The notes below the pieces were generated by a model. It did not search any database and was not told where the DNA came from. It saw only the letters and a program-made list of their open reading frames with translations. A stretch of 64,000 nt of DNA from Nitrosopumilus sp. GTDB lineage: Archaea; Thermoproteota; Nitrososphaeria; Nitrososphaerales; Nitrosopumilaceae. A program made the translations under genes and the position numbers. This document shows, piece by piece, positions 43,679-53,936 of this stretch (position 1 is the stretch's first letter; the number at the start of each line of letters is the position of its first letter). Where the stretch lies: NCBI GenBank assembly GCA_965205215.1, contig OZ242041.1, forward strand, positions 864,001-928,000, read 5' to 3'.

Positions 43679-45136
43679 TCACGCGGGCGCCGCCGTCTTG
43701 CGCCTGATCAGGAACCTGCCGGCGGACATGTCCCTTACCAGATCCCACCCGTATGCGACCCACGAGAGCAGCTTCTCCTCTCCCGTGATTATCCTTGTCT
43801 GGTATGGCGGCGCCCCGTGCGGGCCGTCCTGCGGCGGATCCGCGTCTTCCCGCACCATGTCTGCGGAGGCAGGCGCCGGTTCGGGGACGCCGTCCTGGGC
43901 CGCCGGTTCCGTACCGGTATTTTCAGTATGCACCATTATGCTGGAAGGATCTATCCCGTACGTCTTGGCCTGCTGCCGCAGCGACTGCAGGAACGCCTCC
44001 CTCCTCTGCCCGGCGTCGTCGCCCGCGTCGCCCGCGCGCAGGAACACCTCGCTCCTTGCAAAGGCGCCCCGCATGTCCTCGATCATCTGCTCGGTCAGCC
44101 TTCCCTTGTTCGTGGTGTACCTGGCCTCCATGTCGCCCGTGTGCCCCATGAAGAACTGCCTGTACGCGTGCGTCATGCACCCGTTGCTCTCGGCCATGAG
44201 GAGCTGCGTATCAAAGTACGCGCGGAGCACGTAGGGCCTCGCCTTGGTGACGCTCCTGATGGCGGCCCTTATCGGGAGTGTCACGGCCTTTGTGGTCATG
44301 AACTCCTGCCCGTCGGCTGCCTGCCCTCTCACCGTCCTCTTCCTGCATGCCAGGGGCGAGTCCGCACTTAACTTCTCACCCGCGGCGGCGCGGCCGCGGA
44401 GGTATCCTAGGAGGTACGAGCACCCCTGTGACGTGAGGAACGTAAAGTACCTGTGGCCCGCCTTGCTTATCTGCGGCCTTATCGTAACCCTCGCCGGCAT
44501 CCTTTCGAGCGAGACTGTACCTCTTCCGTCGACGTCCGCGCGCAGCCCCTCCACATCAGAGACGCGCAGCCCCTCGGTCCCGTCGTGGCTGCCTATCACC
44601 TGCGGCCGCACCCCAGCAAAGGCCATCAGGGACATGCAGGCGCGGGTGCGCGGATCCGCCGCGTTCATGATAGATTCCAACTGCGCCGGGGTGGGCACCT
44701 GCTCGTCCTCCAGCGTCACGGGGATCCTGGCGTTTGCCACCTTTATCTTGCGCCGTATGTCGACATAGTTGTACGTCAGCCACGACTTGAGCGCCTTTAC
44801 GACGTCCTCTATGTATCCCGGCGCGTACTTTTGCGCCTCCATCCACGTCACATAGTCGAGTATCATGTCCTCGGCCCTCATGCTGTCCTCCTTTCCAGTC
44901 GCGACCATCGCGGCGGGGGTTATCCCGGTGTTCTTGTAGAACATGTTGAGCCGCCTTATCCGCGAGTCGGCGGTGAGCTGGCTTGAGCGCGCAAGGTTTG
45001 CGTGCCACCTCGCGACATTCTCATCTGATTCCAATAAACTACTTGCAGATCCATTCAACCTCTTTTTCAAGATCACCAGTTTTGATTTAAGGCCGGATTC
45101 CCGGCTGCCGGGTTGCAATGTGGTCATACTAGTCAT
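43679..45136 (-). CDS. Tyrosine recombinase/integrase adjacent to tRNA-Lys
   Basis: AGVRPQVIG, YVLRAYF, FMGHTG and RY. Start inferred at ATG 45136 or 45127. Confidence 0.9.
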   Translation of the reverse strand: MTSMTTLQPGSRESGLKSKLVILKKRLNGSASSLLESDENVARWHANLARSSQLTADSRIRRLNMFYKNTGITPAAMVATGKEDSMRAEDMILDYVTWMEAQKYAPGYIEDVVKALKSWLTYNYVDIRRKIKVANARIPVTLEDEQVPTPAQLESIMNAADPRTRACMSLMAFAGVRPQVIGSHDGTEGLRVSDVEGLRADVDGRGTVSLERMPARVTIRPQISKAGHRYFTFLTSQGCSYLLGYLRGRAAAGEKLSADSPLACRKRTVRGQAADGQEFMTTKAVTLPIRAAIRSVTKARPYVLRAYFDTQLLMAESNGCMTHAYRQFFMGHTGDMEARYTTNKGRLTEQMIEDMRGAFARSEVFLRAGDAGDDAGQRREAFLQSLRQQAKTYGIDPSSIMVHTENTGTEPAAQDGVPEPAPASADMVREDADPPQDGPHGAPPYQTRIITGEEKLLSWVAYGWDLVRDMSAGRFLIRRKTAAPA

Positions 45137-45286
45137 GGGGCAGGACCTCGCGTATGTGTAGGGGCCCCGTCGTTCCGGACCACAGTGTCGGGCTAACCCA
45201 GTTGCATTCACCCCGCATGAAGATCCCGGCGCCCGTTGCATGGGGCATAACCCCGAAACCGTTTCCTTGAATATGAACAGAAACAA

Positions 45287-45360
45287 TGGGTCTAAAGGGA
45301 TTCGAACCCTTGACAGCCGGATTAAAAGTCCGGAGCGCTACCTGGCTGCGCCATAGACCC
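45287..45360 (-). tRNA. tRNA-Lys(TTT)
   Basis: Cloverleaf: acceptor gggtcta/tagaccc, anticodon arm ccgga-ctTTTaa-tccgg and T-loop ttcgaat. Confidence 0.93.
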
Positions 45361-45592
45361 ACAGCGTACTGCGCTTCGTGCGTACAATTTAGTCCTTTCA
45401 GGATGCAGATGTGATGGTTCAACCTTCCCCCCTCCCACCAACTGTCTGGCGTGCGGCTACCGAATAAACCACGTACTCTCCCCCCACCCAGTCGCCGCGG
45501 GGGCGGAGCGGAGACGGTGGTGCCATGGAAACTGAGCAGTTAGTCACGCCTGAGCAAACTTTTAATCTAGCCCGTCTTGTAGTCAGATCCGT

Positions 45593-45670
45593 GCCCTTGT
45601 AGTATAGCCAGGTCTAGAATTCGGCCCTGTCACGGCTGAGACGCGTGTTCAAATCCCGCCGAGGGCGCCA
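45593..45670 (+). tRNA. tRNA-Asp(GTC)
   Basis: gcccttg...cgagggc-g-cca, anticodon loop ctGTCac and ttcaaat. Confidence 0.93.
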
Positions 45671-45773
45671 TCTTACTCTGCATAGCGTCTGCTGCGCTTG
45701 GCGCGCGACATTGATCACTCCCGTATGCTTCCGCCCTTTCAAGTCTTAAAAAAGACGACTGTGTCATGGGTAC

Positions 45774-46217
45774 ATGGTTTCGATCCGGGATGCCGCCCAC
45801 GGCGACGTGCCATTCGTACTCGACCTGCTATACGAGCTTGGACGGCCCAGGCCTGCCGACAAGCAGGAGGAGGACACGTTCGAGAGAGTCATATCCGGAT
45901 ACATCGCGGATGCCGACAAGGGGCTGCTCGTGGCCGAGTCCGACCATGCGGTCGTGGGGCTGGCGTCCATCATGTTTCTTGTCAGGTGCAACCATGCAGG
46001 GCCGGAGATGTACATTCCAGAATTGGTTGTCCGTGCTGACTGCCGCGGGAGGGGTATTGGCAGGGCCCTGGCCGAGGAGTGCATGAGGATTGCCGCCACG
46101 CGAGGATGCCACCGCATCAGACTGGAGTCGGGGAACCGGCGCAAGGACTCGCATGATTTCTACCGGCGCCTGGGATTCGGCCAGCAGGCACTGTCGTTTG
46201 AGTTTCTGGTTTCCTAA
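45774..46217 (+). CDS. GNAT-family acetyltransferase
   Basis: LVV...RGRGIG.AL and FY.RLGF. Confidence 0.88.
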   Translation: MVSIRDAAHGDVPFVLDLLYELGRPRPADKQEEDTFERVISGYIADADKGLLVAESDHAVVGLASIMFLVRCNHAGPEMYIPELVVRADCRGRGIGRALAEECMRIAATRGCHRIRLESGNRRKDSHDFYRRLGFGQQALSFEFLVS

Positions 46218-46696
46218 CTGACCATAGCTCTGCCGACGTGACTCCGGCCGGCCGTTCCATTCCTGCGCGCTCGAATCCTATGCGTGACTCCGACTGCCAA
46301 AAGACATGGAGCAAAGCCCCGGTAAAACGGGTGTCTTTCACGCGCCAGAGGGGAAATGCAGTCTAACGCGGCATGCCCGCTTGTTCTTGACGCTGCACGG
46401 GTGCATCGGATACACGTCGTAGAAGAGCCCGGTGTGTGCAAGGCAGATTGACTGCGCCGTCTGAGCCGCTAGTGCACCGGGTGCAGGACACCTGACGGCC
46501 TCAACGGAGCGGGCGCGGCTTACTGGCGGTGCGATTCGCGAGTCGGATCCTTCCAAGGAAGTGGCGCCGCAGCCAGATCGGGCAGATGGCAACGACAATC
46601 CGGCAAACGCCATCTGACGGCACGCAAGACCGGCGTCACGCCAGTGGGGCACCTACCTCCTCCTACCTGAGCTAATCTTAAAATTCTGGCAGTTGG

Positions 46697-47575
46697 ATGC
46701 CTCTCTTATTGTCCGAGGCAAAGGATTCACCTGATACCGCCGCGCCCGACTCAAAAAAGGAGGCTGACGCCGCCGGTACTGCCGCCGATGCCGCCAAACC
46801 GGCAGCTAAGAGCAGCGCCAAGCCCGAGTCCGACTCAAAGAAAGAGGCCGGTACTGCCGCCGATGCCGCCAAACCGGCAGCTAAGAGCAGCGCCAAGCCT
46901 GCTGCGGCAGCCAAGCCCACACCTGCGAAAAAGGCAGAGGACAAGAAGGAAGGGGAGCCTCCCGAGGACAAGGAAGCAAACGCGCACGCGGCCATGGAAA
47001 GGGCCAGGGCCGCCATAAAGGCGGCCGAGCAGGCCGAGCTGGACGCAAAACAGGCCGCAGAGAGGGCGGCCGCGGCAAAAAAGGCCGCCGAGGAGGCCGC
47101 AGAGGCAGAATACAAGGCCATCGCCGAGCAGGTAAAGGCCGACGTCGCCAAAAAGCCCGCCCACACCTTCAAGAGGGAGTCCGAGGAGATCTTCCGCCGC
47201 GATATGGGCGAACCGGAGTTCTTCCTTGACAAGAAGGACAGGTTCCCGCGCCCCATCCTGACCCCGCAGCAGCAGGAGTCGCTGACGCGGCATGCCGAGA
47301 CACCGCAGGACCAGACCCCCGAGTATGTACCGGAGCACGTCCTGAGCCCAGAGTTCGAGGGGGTCTCAAACTACGAGCGGGGGGTCGCGTCATACCTGGA
47401 GGAGCTGCGCGCAAAGCTCAGGAAGCTAAAGCAGGTCAAGGACGCGGAATCCGTGGCCGGGGAGATGGCGCGCGTAAAGGCCAACATAAAATACCTCGAG
47501 TCGCTTCACGAGAACTTTTACCTTGGAATGAACGTATTTAGGACCGCAAGGGGCGGCCGCTCAAAGGTGGCGTGA
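46697..47575 (+). CDS. Hypothetical protein with an Ala/Lys/Pro-rich N-terminus
   Basis: Long ORF with host-like codon use, directly upstream of the hemA-like gene. Confidence 0.75.
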   Translation: MPLLLSEAKDSPDTAAPDSKKEADAAGTAADAAKPAAKSSAKPESDSKKEAGTAADAAKPAAKSSAKPAAAAKPTPAKKAEDKKEGEPPEDKEANAHAAMERARAAIKAAEQAELDAKQAAERAAAAKKAAEEAAEAEYKAIAEQVKADVAKKPAHTFKRESEEIFRRDMGEPEFFLDKKDRFPRPILTPQQQESLTRHAETPQDQTPEYVPEHVLSPEFEGVSNYERGVASYLEELRAKLRKLKQVKDAESVAGEMARVKANIKYLESLHENFYLGMNVFRTARGGRSKVA

Positions 47576-47581
47576 CTGGGG

Positions 47582-48667
47582 ATGTCTGACAAGTGCAGCG
47601 TCGATTCTGACATTGTAAACGCCAGGGTCACGTTCAAGAACGTGCCCATGCACACGCTTGCAAAGTTCATGTTTGACGACGTGGACGCGGCCGCAGAGGA
47701 GTTCAAAAAGATCCCCGGCGTCGGGGAGTGCGTCATAGTGCAGACTGCAAGCCGCGTGGAGATATTCCTGGTCAGCCACGTGGAGCGCTCCGACCAGCTG
47801 GACCTGCGGCGCGCGGACAGCAAGGGGCTCATCCTCAACCGCATAAAGGAGGTCTGGATATCGCTCTCGACCCTGGATCAGATCGACATAGACCACATAG
47901 ACCAGACCCTCGAGGTGTACAAGGGAGAGGACGTCTACAAAAACCTGCTGAGGCTCGCCACCGGGCTTGACTCCATCGTGGTGGGCAAGCCGGAGATATA
48001 CGACGAGATAGTGCAGGCCGCGTCAAGGGCCAAGGACGAGGGGCTGTCGGGCCGCCTGCTTGACCAGCTGTTCGCGTACGTCATCAGGATAGCCACCCGC
48101 ATAAGGGACACCACCGAGATAGGCGACGACGTAACCTCGCTTGGGGACGTGGCAGTCAAGATGGTCGAGGAGAAGGTCGGCGTGGACCCCAAGAAGAAGG
48201 TGCTGCTCATCGGGACCGGGGAGCCCGCGGCCATGCTTGCAAAGGCGCTCATAAAGGCCGGGGTGGGCTTTGACGTGACGAGCCGCACCCTTGAGAGGGG
48301 CGCCGGGTTTGCAAAGGTGCTGGGCGGCGGGACGCCAGTAGAGTTTGAGGCCGCCCTGGCCGGGTTCGGCAAGTACGACATAGTCCTGGTGGCCACCACC
48401 TCTGACTATTTCCTGATCACGCACGAGCGCGTCAGGTTGGTGTTGGAGGACAAGAAGAAGGGGACCCTGATAATGGACTTGTCCGACCCGCGCACGGTAG
48501 ACGAGGGGGTGACTGCGTTTCCCGGCGTCAAGCTGATGTTCAGGGACCAGGTATACGAGATGTACCTGGAGAACGCAAGGGCCCGCGAGAGCCTGGTTCC
48601 GGCAGTCGAGAAGATCATTGCAAAGGAGCTGCCCATCATGTCTGTCCAGATGAACCATCTGGACTGA
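47582..48667 (+). CDS. hemA: Glutamyl-tRNA reductase-like protein (catalytic Cys absent)
   Basis: QTASRVE, GLDSIVVG, LIGTGE and DLSDPR. Confidence 0.8.
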   Translation: MSDKCSVDSDIVNARVTFKNVPMHTLAKFMFDDVDAAAEEFKKIPGVGECVIVQTASRVEIFLVSHVERSDQLDLRRADSKGLILNRIKEVWISLSTLDQIDIDHIDQTLEVYKGEDVYKNLLRLATGLDSIVVGKPEIYDEIVQAASRAKDEGLSGRLLDQLFAYVIRIATRIRDTTEIGDDVTSLGDVAVKMVEEKVGVDPKKKVLLIGTGEPAAMLAKALIKAGVGFDVTSRTLERGAGFAKVLGGGTPVEFEAALAGFGKYDIVLVATTSDYFLITHERVRLVLEDKKKGTLIMDLSDPRTVDEGVTAFPGVKLMFRDQVYEMYLENARARESLVPAVEKIIAKELPIMSVQMNHLD

Positions 48668-48909
48668 CGCGGTCACAGCCCCTGCTTGCGCATGACAAAC
48701 TGCAGTATGGCCTCTCTGGAGTACTCTATGCCGTGCTCGGTCTCCATGTGATCCCTGAAATTGTCGACCACCTCGCCTTCCTCGCCCTCCGCTACGTAAT
48801 CACACTCAAAGCCGTAGTCCCTGCAAGCCAGACTTACCATATCCGCCCTGACTATACTGATTATAAAAATCCTGTATTCCGTGCCGCCCCTCCTGCGGCG
48901 CCGGGGGTG

Positions 48910-49752
48910 TCACCCGTACGACTCGTACTTTATGCTGTAGCTGCCGTCGGGGTTCTTGTCGTGTTCAGTCACAAAGCCCCTGCTGCCGACGGCGTCGATC
49001 ACGCCGTCTATGGTCCCCTGGTAGCCGCAGATGTAGATTATGGTGTTCTCCGGCGTGATCTGCTCGCCGACCATCTCCTCGACCGGCGAGAGGCCCGTCT
49101 TTTTGTTCGCCACGAAAAAGGACTCGACCCTTCCCGTGTGGCCGTTCCACGACCTGTTGAAGAACTCCTTCGGCCTTGATATGGCGGCCTTGTACCTAAA
49201 GTTCCACTTGTCCCTGCCCCTCTTCTCGCTCTCCTCCTCGAGGCCCGTCAGCAGCCGCTTGTAGCTCAGCTCGTCGACATAGCTTGCCCCGTGCAGCACC
49301 ACGACCTCGCGGCGGTCGCTGGTGTCGTGGAAGTGCTTTGCAAACGCTATGAACGGGGCTATTCCGGTGCCCCCTCCGACGCATATGATGCGCCTGTTGT
49401 CCTCTTGGCCGTCGGGGAGCGTCTCGCTTATCTGGAGCGCCGCGCCCGTCGGGTCGCCGAGCCAGACCTCGTCGCCCACGTTTGCATAGAACAGCTCCGT
49501 GGTCACCCTGCCCGGCAGCGGCTTCCTGACCCACCTTATTACGAACTCGAAATACTCGCGGTTCTCCGGATGCGACGCTATGGAGTAGGCGCGCCTGACT
49601 ATCTTCTTCTCAGTCGGTATGGGGACGCCTATGGTCAGGAACTGCCCCGTCTTGTAGTCCGGCATGCCGGAGTTGGGGACCAGCCTTATGACTATGAGGT
49701 CCTCCTTTAGCAGCTCCATGTACGTTATCTTTGCCTTGACCTCGCTTACCAT
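48910..49752 (-). CDS. Ferredoxin-NADP+ reductase
   Basis: RAYSIAS, GGTGIAPF, YICG and E.Y. Confidence 0.88.
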   Translation of the reverse strand: MVSEVKAKITYMELLKEDLIVIRLVPNSGMPDYKTGQFLTIGVPIPTEKKIVRRAYSIASHPENREYFEFVIRWVRKPLPGRVTTELFYANVGDEVWLGDPTGAALQISETLPDGQEDNRRIICVGGGTGIAPFIAFAKHFHDTSDRREVVVLHGASYVDELSYKRLLTGLEEESEKRGRDKWNFRYKAAISRPKEFFNRSWNGHTGRVESFFVANKKTGLSPVEEMVGEQITPENTIIYICGYQGTIDGVIDAVGSRGFVTEHDKNPDGSYSIKYESYG

Positions 49753-50107
49753 TCAGACAAGCTCGGACGCGTCGGTTAAAAAATATTGCCCTTGGCGGCG
49801 CGGCTCCGCGCCGCCGTCTGTGGCGGCCGTGATGCGCGGCAGCGGTTCGGGCCGGCGCCCGCAGGAGCGCTGGCGGGCCCCATGCGGGGCGGCTGCGGCT
49901 CCGCGGCCGGCCGCGGCACCCGTCCGATATTCTTTCCGTGCGCGCGCCGCGTGTACGGCCCGCGTCCCCCGTCGTCACTTCTCCCCTCCCCCCTCGTTCG
50001 CGTGATCAAAACAAGTGATCATACCTGTGTGATCACTCTGGTGTGGCGCACGACGCGTGCCCTGATCCGAAATATAGCTATTTATTGCAATTTGACGCGC
50101 GCGCGGC

Positions 50108-50398
50108 ATGACGCTTGAATTCACGTACCATGCAGCGAACGGGGAGCACGCCACGCGGCGCGAGGATGCCGACATGGTCATCTTCAAGGACGTCGACGTC
50201 TCAGACAAGATGGTGATGTGGAATTTCCAGGGGGGACCCAAGCCCGGCTTTCTTCCCGACAGGATCTCAAACCCCGGCGAAATCGACCTTACGATGGAGG
50301 AGCTCGAGGAGATAAGAAAGCGCGACAACATATCGGTAACTGTACTAGACGTGGACGTCGAATCTGGGAGTGTCACGCCGCGCGACGGCACGGACTAG
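50108..50398 (+). CDS. Hypothetical protein
   Basis: ORF with host-like codon use and a TATA-like element upstream. Confidence 0.65.
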   Translation: MTLEFTYHAANGEHATRREDADMVIFKDVDVSDKMVMWNFQGGPKPGFLPDRISNPGEIDLTMEELEEIRKRDNISVTVLDVDVESGSVTPRDGTD

Positions 50399-50426
50399 CG
50401 CGCTGCAAGCACCCCGCGCCGCGCGG

Positions 50427-51470
50427 CTAGGGTTTCAGCATGACCTTTAGGGCGTCGCCCTCCCGCGAGCGCCTGACGGCTGCTTCAAACCCGTCTAGCG
50501 GAAACGTCGAGTCCACCATGTGGTCGACCTGCACCGTTCCGGCCGCGAGCGCCTCTATGGCGGGCCCAAAGACCCCGCACCTGGAGCCGACCAGCGTCAC
50601 CTCGTGCACCACGGCCGGCGTCAGGTCCGCCCCGCTCCCAGACGCGGTGGTGGACTTTAGGACCAGCGTGCCGCGGGGCTTAGTCAGGGCCATCGCGTCT
50701 GCAAAGCCGGACACGCTGCCGCTTGCGTCCACCACGATGTCAAAGGACTGCCTGTCGCCGTCCGCGGTCCCGACGCCTTGATTGTTGCTCCCGTTTCCCT
50801 TCCTCTCCTTCTCCTCCTCTTCCGCAGGCCTTGCCTTCAGGCGCGTGCTGATCCCGAACCTCTCAAGCATCTTCAGCTTTTCTGCATGCCTGCCAAAGCA
50901 TGTAACGTCGCCGTGCGACATCCTGAGCACCTGGCATACCAGCTGGGCAAGCCTCCCGTCGCCCACCACGGCGGCCCTGTCGCCTGCCGCCGCCTGCACC
51001 TGCTCGCTTATCTCAAATGCCGCGGCCAGCGGCTCGATGAACACGGCCTGCTCGTCGGAGACCGAGTCGGGCACGTGGTGCAGGTTTCTTGCAGGCAGTG
51101 ACAGCCGTTCGGCAAACGCGCCGTCGCGGCCCTGTATCCCGAGCACGGTGCGGGAGGGGCAGTGGCGCTCCATGCCGCTCTGACATATACCGCACCGGCC
51201 GCACCCGACGTTGATCTCGCCTGCCACCCTTTTTCCCACCAGCGCCGTACCATGCGCCTCTGACCTCTCGACCACGCCGACAAACTCGTGTCCGGGCACC
51301 CCGCGGTACGACATGTACCCGTCGAGTATCTCCAGGTCGGTGCCGCATATGCCGGCAAGTGTTACACTCACCGTGGACTCGCCTCCTGCAGCGGCATTGC
51401 CGCCTGCGCCGGGATCCGGATGGTCGCTTATCGTGCGCGCGCCTACACCGTCAAAGTATACCGCCCTCAA
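50427..51470 (-). CDS. Zn-dependent (MDR) alcohol dehydrogenase
   Basis: GICGTD, GHEFVG, CxxCxxC...C and EPLA. Confidence 0.9.
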   Translation of the reverse strand: MRAVYFDGVGARTISDHPDPGAGGNAAAGGESTVSVTLAGICGTDLEILDGYMSYRGVPGHEFVGVVERSEAHGTALVGKRVAGEINVGCGRCGICQSGMERHCPSRTVLGIQGRDGAFAERLSLPARNLHHVPDSVSDEQAVFIEPLAAAFEISEQVQAAAGDRAAVVGDGRLAQLVCQVLRMSHGDVTCFGRHAEKLKMLERFGISTRLKARPAEEEEKERKGNGSNNQGVGTADGDRQSFDIVVDASGSVSGFADAMALTKPRGTLVLKSTTASGSGADLTPAVVHEVTLVGSRCGVFGPAIEALAAGTVQVDHMVDSTFPLDGFEAAVRRSREGDALKVMLKP

Positions 51471-51527
51471 CGAAAAGCGTACCCGGCACGGCCGCTTAAA
51501 TGCATCTGCCGCCGGCAGGGCGCCCCG

Positions 51528-52355
51528 TTAGGGCGGCGCGGCAGTGGCTTTCCAGCCCATTCCTGACACTATGGAGTCCAGCGCGTCCTTGTTTGCCGCC
51601 ATCACGAACGATATGCGCGTTTCATAGTCGAGGCCGGCGTCGAGCGGCCTCATCTGCTCGTCTAGCAGTATGCCGCCGGCCTCCCTTGCTATGATGTATC
51701 CGGCCGCAATGTCCTGTATGCGTATCATGCCCCTTATGTCCACAAAGGCGTCAAGCAGCCCGCGCGCAAAGAAGGCCATCTCCAGCGCGTTTGCGCCAAA
51801 GTGCCTGATGTGGTTGTTGCCCTCAAAGAGCGGCTGCATCTTGGCCGTCAGGTCAGGCGTCGCCCAGGATAGGTTGACCCCGACTATGCGGTATATGGGA
51901 TCCTTGTCGCGGACGTGTATGGGCGTATCGTTCATGTAGGCCCCGCCCCCGGCCGTGGCCCAGTACATGTCGCCGCTGCTCAGGTCCGTCACTACGCCGG
52001 CAGACACGGTGCTGAGCCTGTCCCCCGTGGCAAACGCAAGCGAGCTGCAGAAGAACGGGACGCCCATGACTGCGTTTGCAGAGCCGTCTATCGCGTCCAT
52101 TATGACATAGCCGACCGGATCCTCTGACAGCTCGACCCTGCCGCACTCCTCGCCCAGCACCACGCACGGCAGGCCAGAGCGCTCCAGAAAGTCAAGCACG
52201 GTCTTTTCTGCTATGATGTCTATTTTCCTTGACACGTCGCCGCCGGCCCCCACGCCGTAGTCCCCGGCCGCGTCCGGCGTGCCGGCCATGCCCTTCGTGT
52301 TCTGGTATACGAGGCGCGAGGCCTCCTTTAGTATCCCTATGACGTCGTGCGACAC
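51528..52355 (-). CDS. Inositol monophosphatase / fructose-1,6-bisphosphatase
   Basis: LGEE, DAIDGSAN and DIAAG..I.REAGG; GTG start about 25 bp below a TATA element. Confidence 0.88.
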   Translation of the reverse strand: MSHDVIGILKEASRLVYQNTKGMAGTPDAAGDYGVGAGGDVSRKIDIIAEKTVLDFLERSGLPCVVLGEECGRVELSEDPVGYVIMDAIDGSANAVMGVPFFCSSLAFATGDRLSTVSAGVVTDLSSGDMYWATAGGGAYMNDTPIHVRDKDPIYRIVGVNLSWATPDLTAKMQPLFEGNNHIRHFGANALEMAFFARGLLDAFVDIRGMIRIQDIAAGYIIAREAGGILLDEQMRPLDAGLDYETRISFVMAANKDALDSIVSGMGWKATAAPP

Positions 52356-52706
52356 AAGGACGCGTCCGGCACGTCGTAATTTAAAGAAAGAAGAGGCCCT
52401 GACGCGGCGCCTTTTCTTTGGTTCTAGTTCCAATTAGGTTGCTAGGCACGATCTTCTCCGAAACGGTTCTATCCTCGGTAATGCGCCCTCCTGAGGTAGG
52501 GCAGTGCCTTTTCATATCTGGCGCGTACCTTTGGGGGGAGGTCTTCCGTCTTACAGAACCCGTGCCTGTTGTGCGGTACGAAGTAACCTGAACCTTCAGA
52601 ACAGCATCCTGTACCTGATAGCCATAGATCAGAGGGTCTGAGGCACGAGTATGCACCAGTGCAACCTGACACCTAACATATATTCTAGTAGAATCTACAA
52701 AAATCG

Positions 52707-53066
52707 ATGTCCTTACAGCGGGAATACCTCCCACAACAGAGCTCATATCAGATCTTTAGTCCGCCACAAACCTCTCCAAATATACTGAACTGGTATGTAC
52801 TGCCAGAAAAATATGGAGACATACACATAGAGATGAAGGATAGCAGTGCATACGTCACAAGTGAAATGCAGCCTATTGAGATTATGCTCGAACCGGTCTA
52901 TGTGACTAAAAAAGACGAAGAATCTGTGTTGATGTACGATTCACTTATGATGCAGGAGGGAGAAAGATACGTCGTAATGTGGAAGGGTGTACCTTTCGCA
53001 TTGGTCAAAGAGGGTAACAACGTGGTCATTTACAAAGGGCAGATAGAGGATGATAAGAGAATTTAA
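52707..53066 (+). CDS. Hypothetical passenger protein
   Basis: Low-GC ORF, first of an overlapping trio. Confidence 0.6.
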   Translation: MSLQREYLPQQSSYQIFSPPQTSPNILNWYVLPEKYGDIHIEMKDSSAYVTSEMQPIEIMLEPVYVTKKDEESVLMYDSLMMQEGERYVVMWKGVPFALVKEGNNVVIYKGQIEDDKRI

Positions 53067-53244
53067 AATGTCTGTGTGTGGGATGAGCATCAAGTTCACA
53101 CGACATAGTGAGACTCCCATTTCCCTCAAACCATGTCAACACGTCATACTGGAGGAGGAGGGAATCATAAAAAGTCACAAGCTAGTAGTTCACACCAATA
53201 AGGACGGCAAGACAAGCGTTCAGCCACTCAAGGTGCAGGTGTGA
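53050..53244 (+). CDS. Small hypothetical passenger protein
   Basis: Overlaps both neighbours. Confidence 0.45.
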   Translation: MIREFKMSVCGMSIKFTRHSETPISLKPCQHVILEEEGIIKSHKLVVHTNKDGKTSVQPLKVQV

Positions 53245-53717
53245 TGGCAATTCCGTTAGAGGAAATTCAGAAGGATATACAGGCAATGGGTTACATCACA
53301 GCAACTCCGCGCAAGACACCCATGCCAAGCCTATACAAGCTCAACGATGGTACGATCCTAAGCATAACCACCCACATAAACCACTTCATTCAAGACCCTT
53401 TGAATCCCAACAACGCATCCGTAAACATGACTCCCCCCCAACTGCTTGTATTTGTCCCCCCAGATAAGAGAAACCTACACGGCAAACAGGGAGGCCCAAA
53501 CGTAAGTGTGACTATCACTGACGAGGATGTAGAATACGATACGTTAAAGGAGGATTTCAACGTCTACGACCTGAGTAATGGAGCGGTATTTAGTATAAAG
53601 ACAGTACTGGGGCAAGTTCAAAAGACAGATCTGCATACTCCCATAGGTGAACCCGTTTACAATATAAACAGCCAGCCGATAATCAGGATCAAAACGAATA
53701 ACAAACGGCCTAGATAG
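53241..53717 (+). CDS. Hypothetical protein with an internal duplication
   Basis: YKLNDGTIL and YDLSNGAVF form repeated halves. Confidence 0.65.
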   Translation: MMAIPLEEIQKDIQAMGYITATPRKTPMPSLYKLNDGTILSITTHINHFIQDPLNPNNASVNMTPPQLLVFVPPDKRNLHGKQGGPNVSVTITDEDVEYDTLKEDFNVYDLSNGAVFSIKTVLGQVQKTDLHTPIGEPVYNINSQPIIRIKTNNKRPR

Positions 53718-53936
53718 GTTTACAATCTAAGTTTGAACCGCCTCCCATAGTAGTGCACGGGGGGGGGGGGGGGGGACGGCGCCGCCAGACACGTGCTTGC
53801 GGTGGCGGCGACTTTTGGTGACGCAATCAACATTTAACGGGATCGGTCGTTTCAGAGAAGCTCACGCCTAGCAACCGAATTGGAACTAGAACCTTTTCTT
53901 TCAATACATAAATACGAACACGGCGCCGCGCATACC

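Larger units (their letters stand above)
52420..53893. mobile_element. Non-autonomous TIR element carrying passenger genes
   Basis: 39-bp imperfect TIRs starting GGTTCTAGTTCCAATT; 8-bp TSD ttttcttt at 52412 and 53894. Confidence 0.85.

Noticed and set aside
52356-52433. MELEP N-terminus shared by the IMPase ORF and the ORF starting at 53880
   Set aside because: Both derive from the transposon TIRs; better starts with TATA boxes lie at 52355 and 53937.
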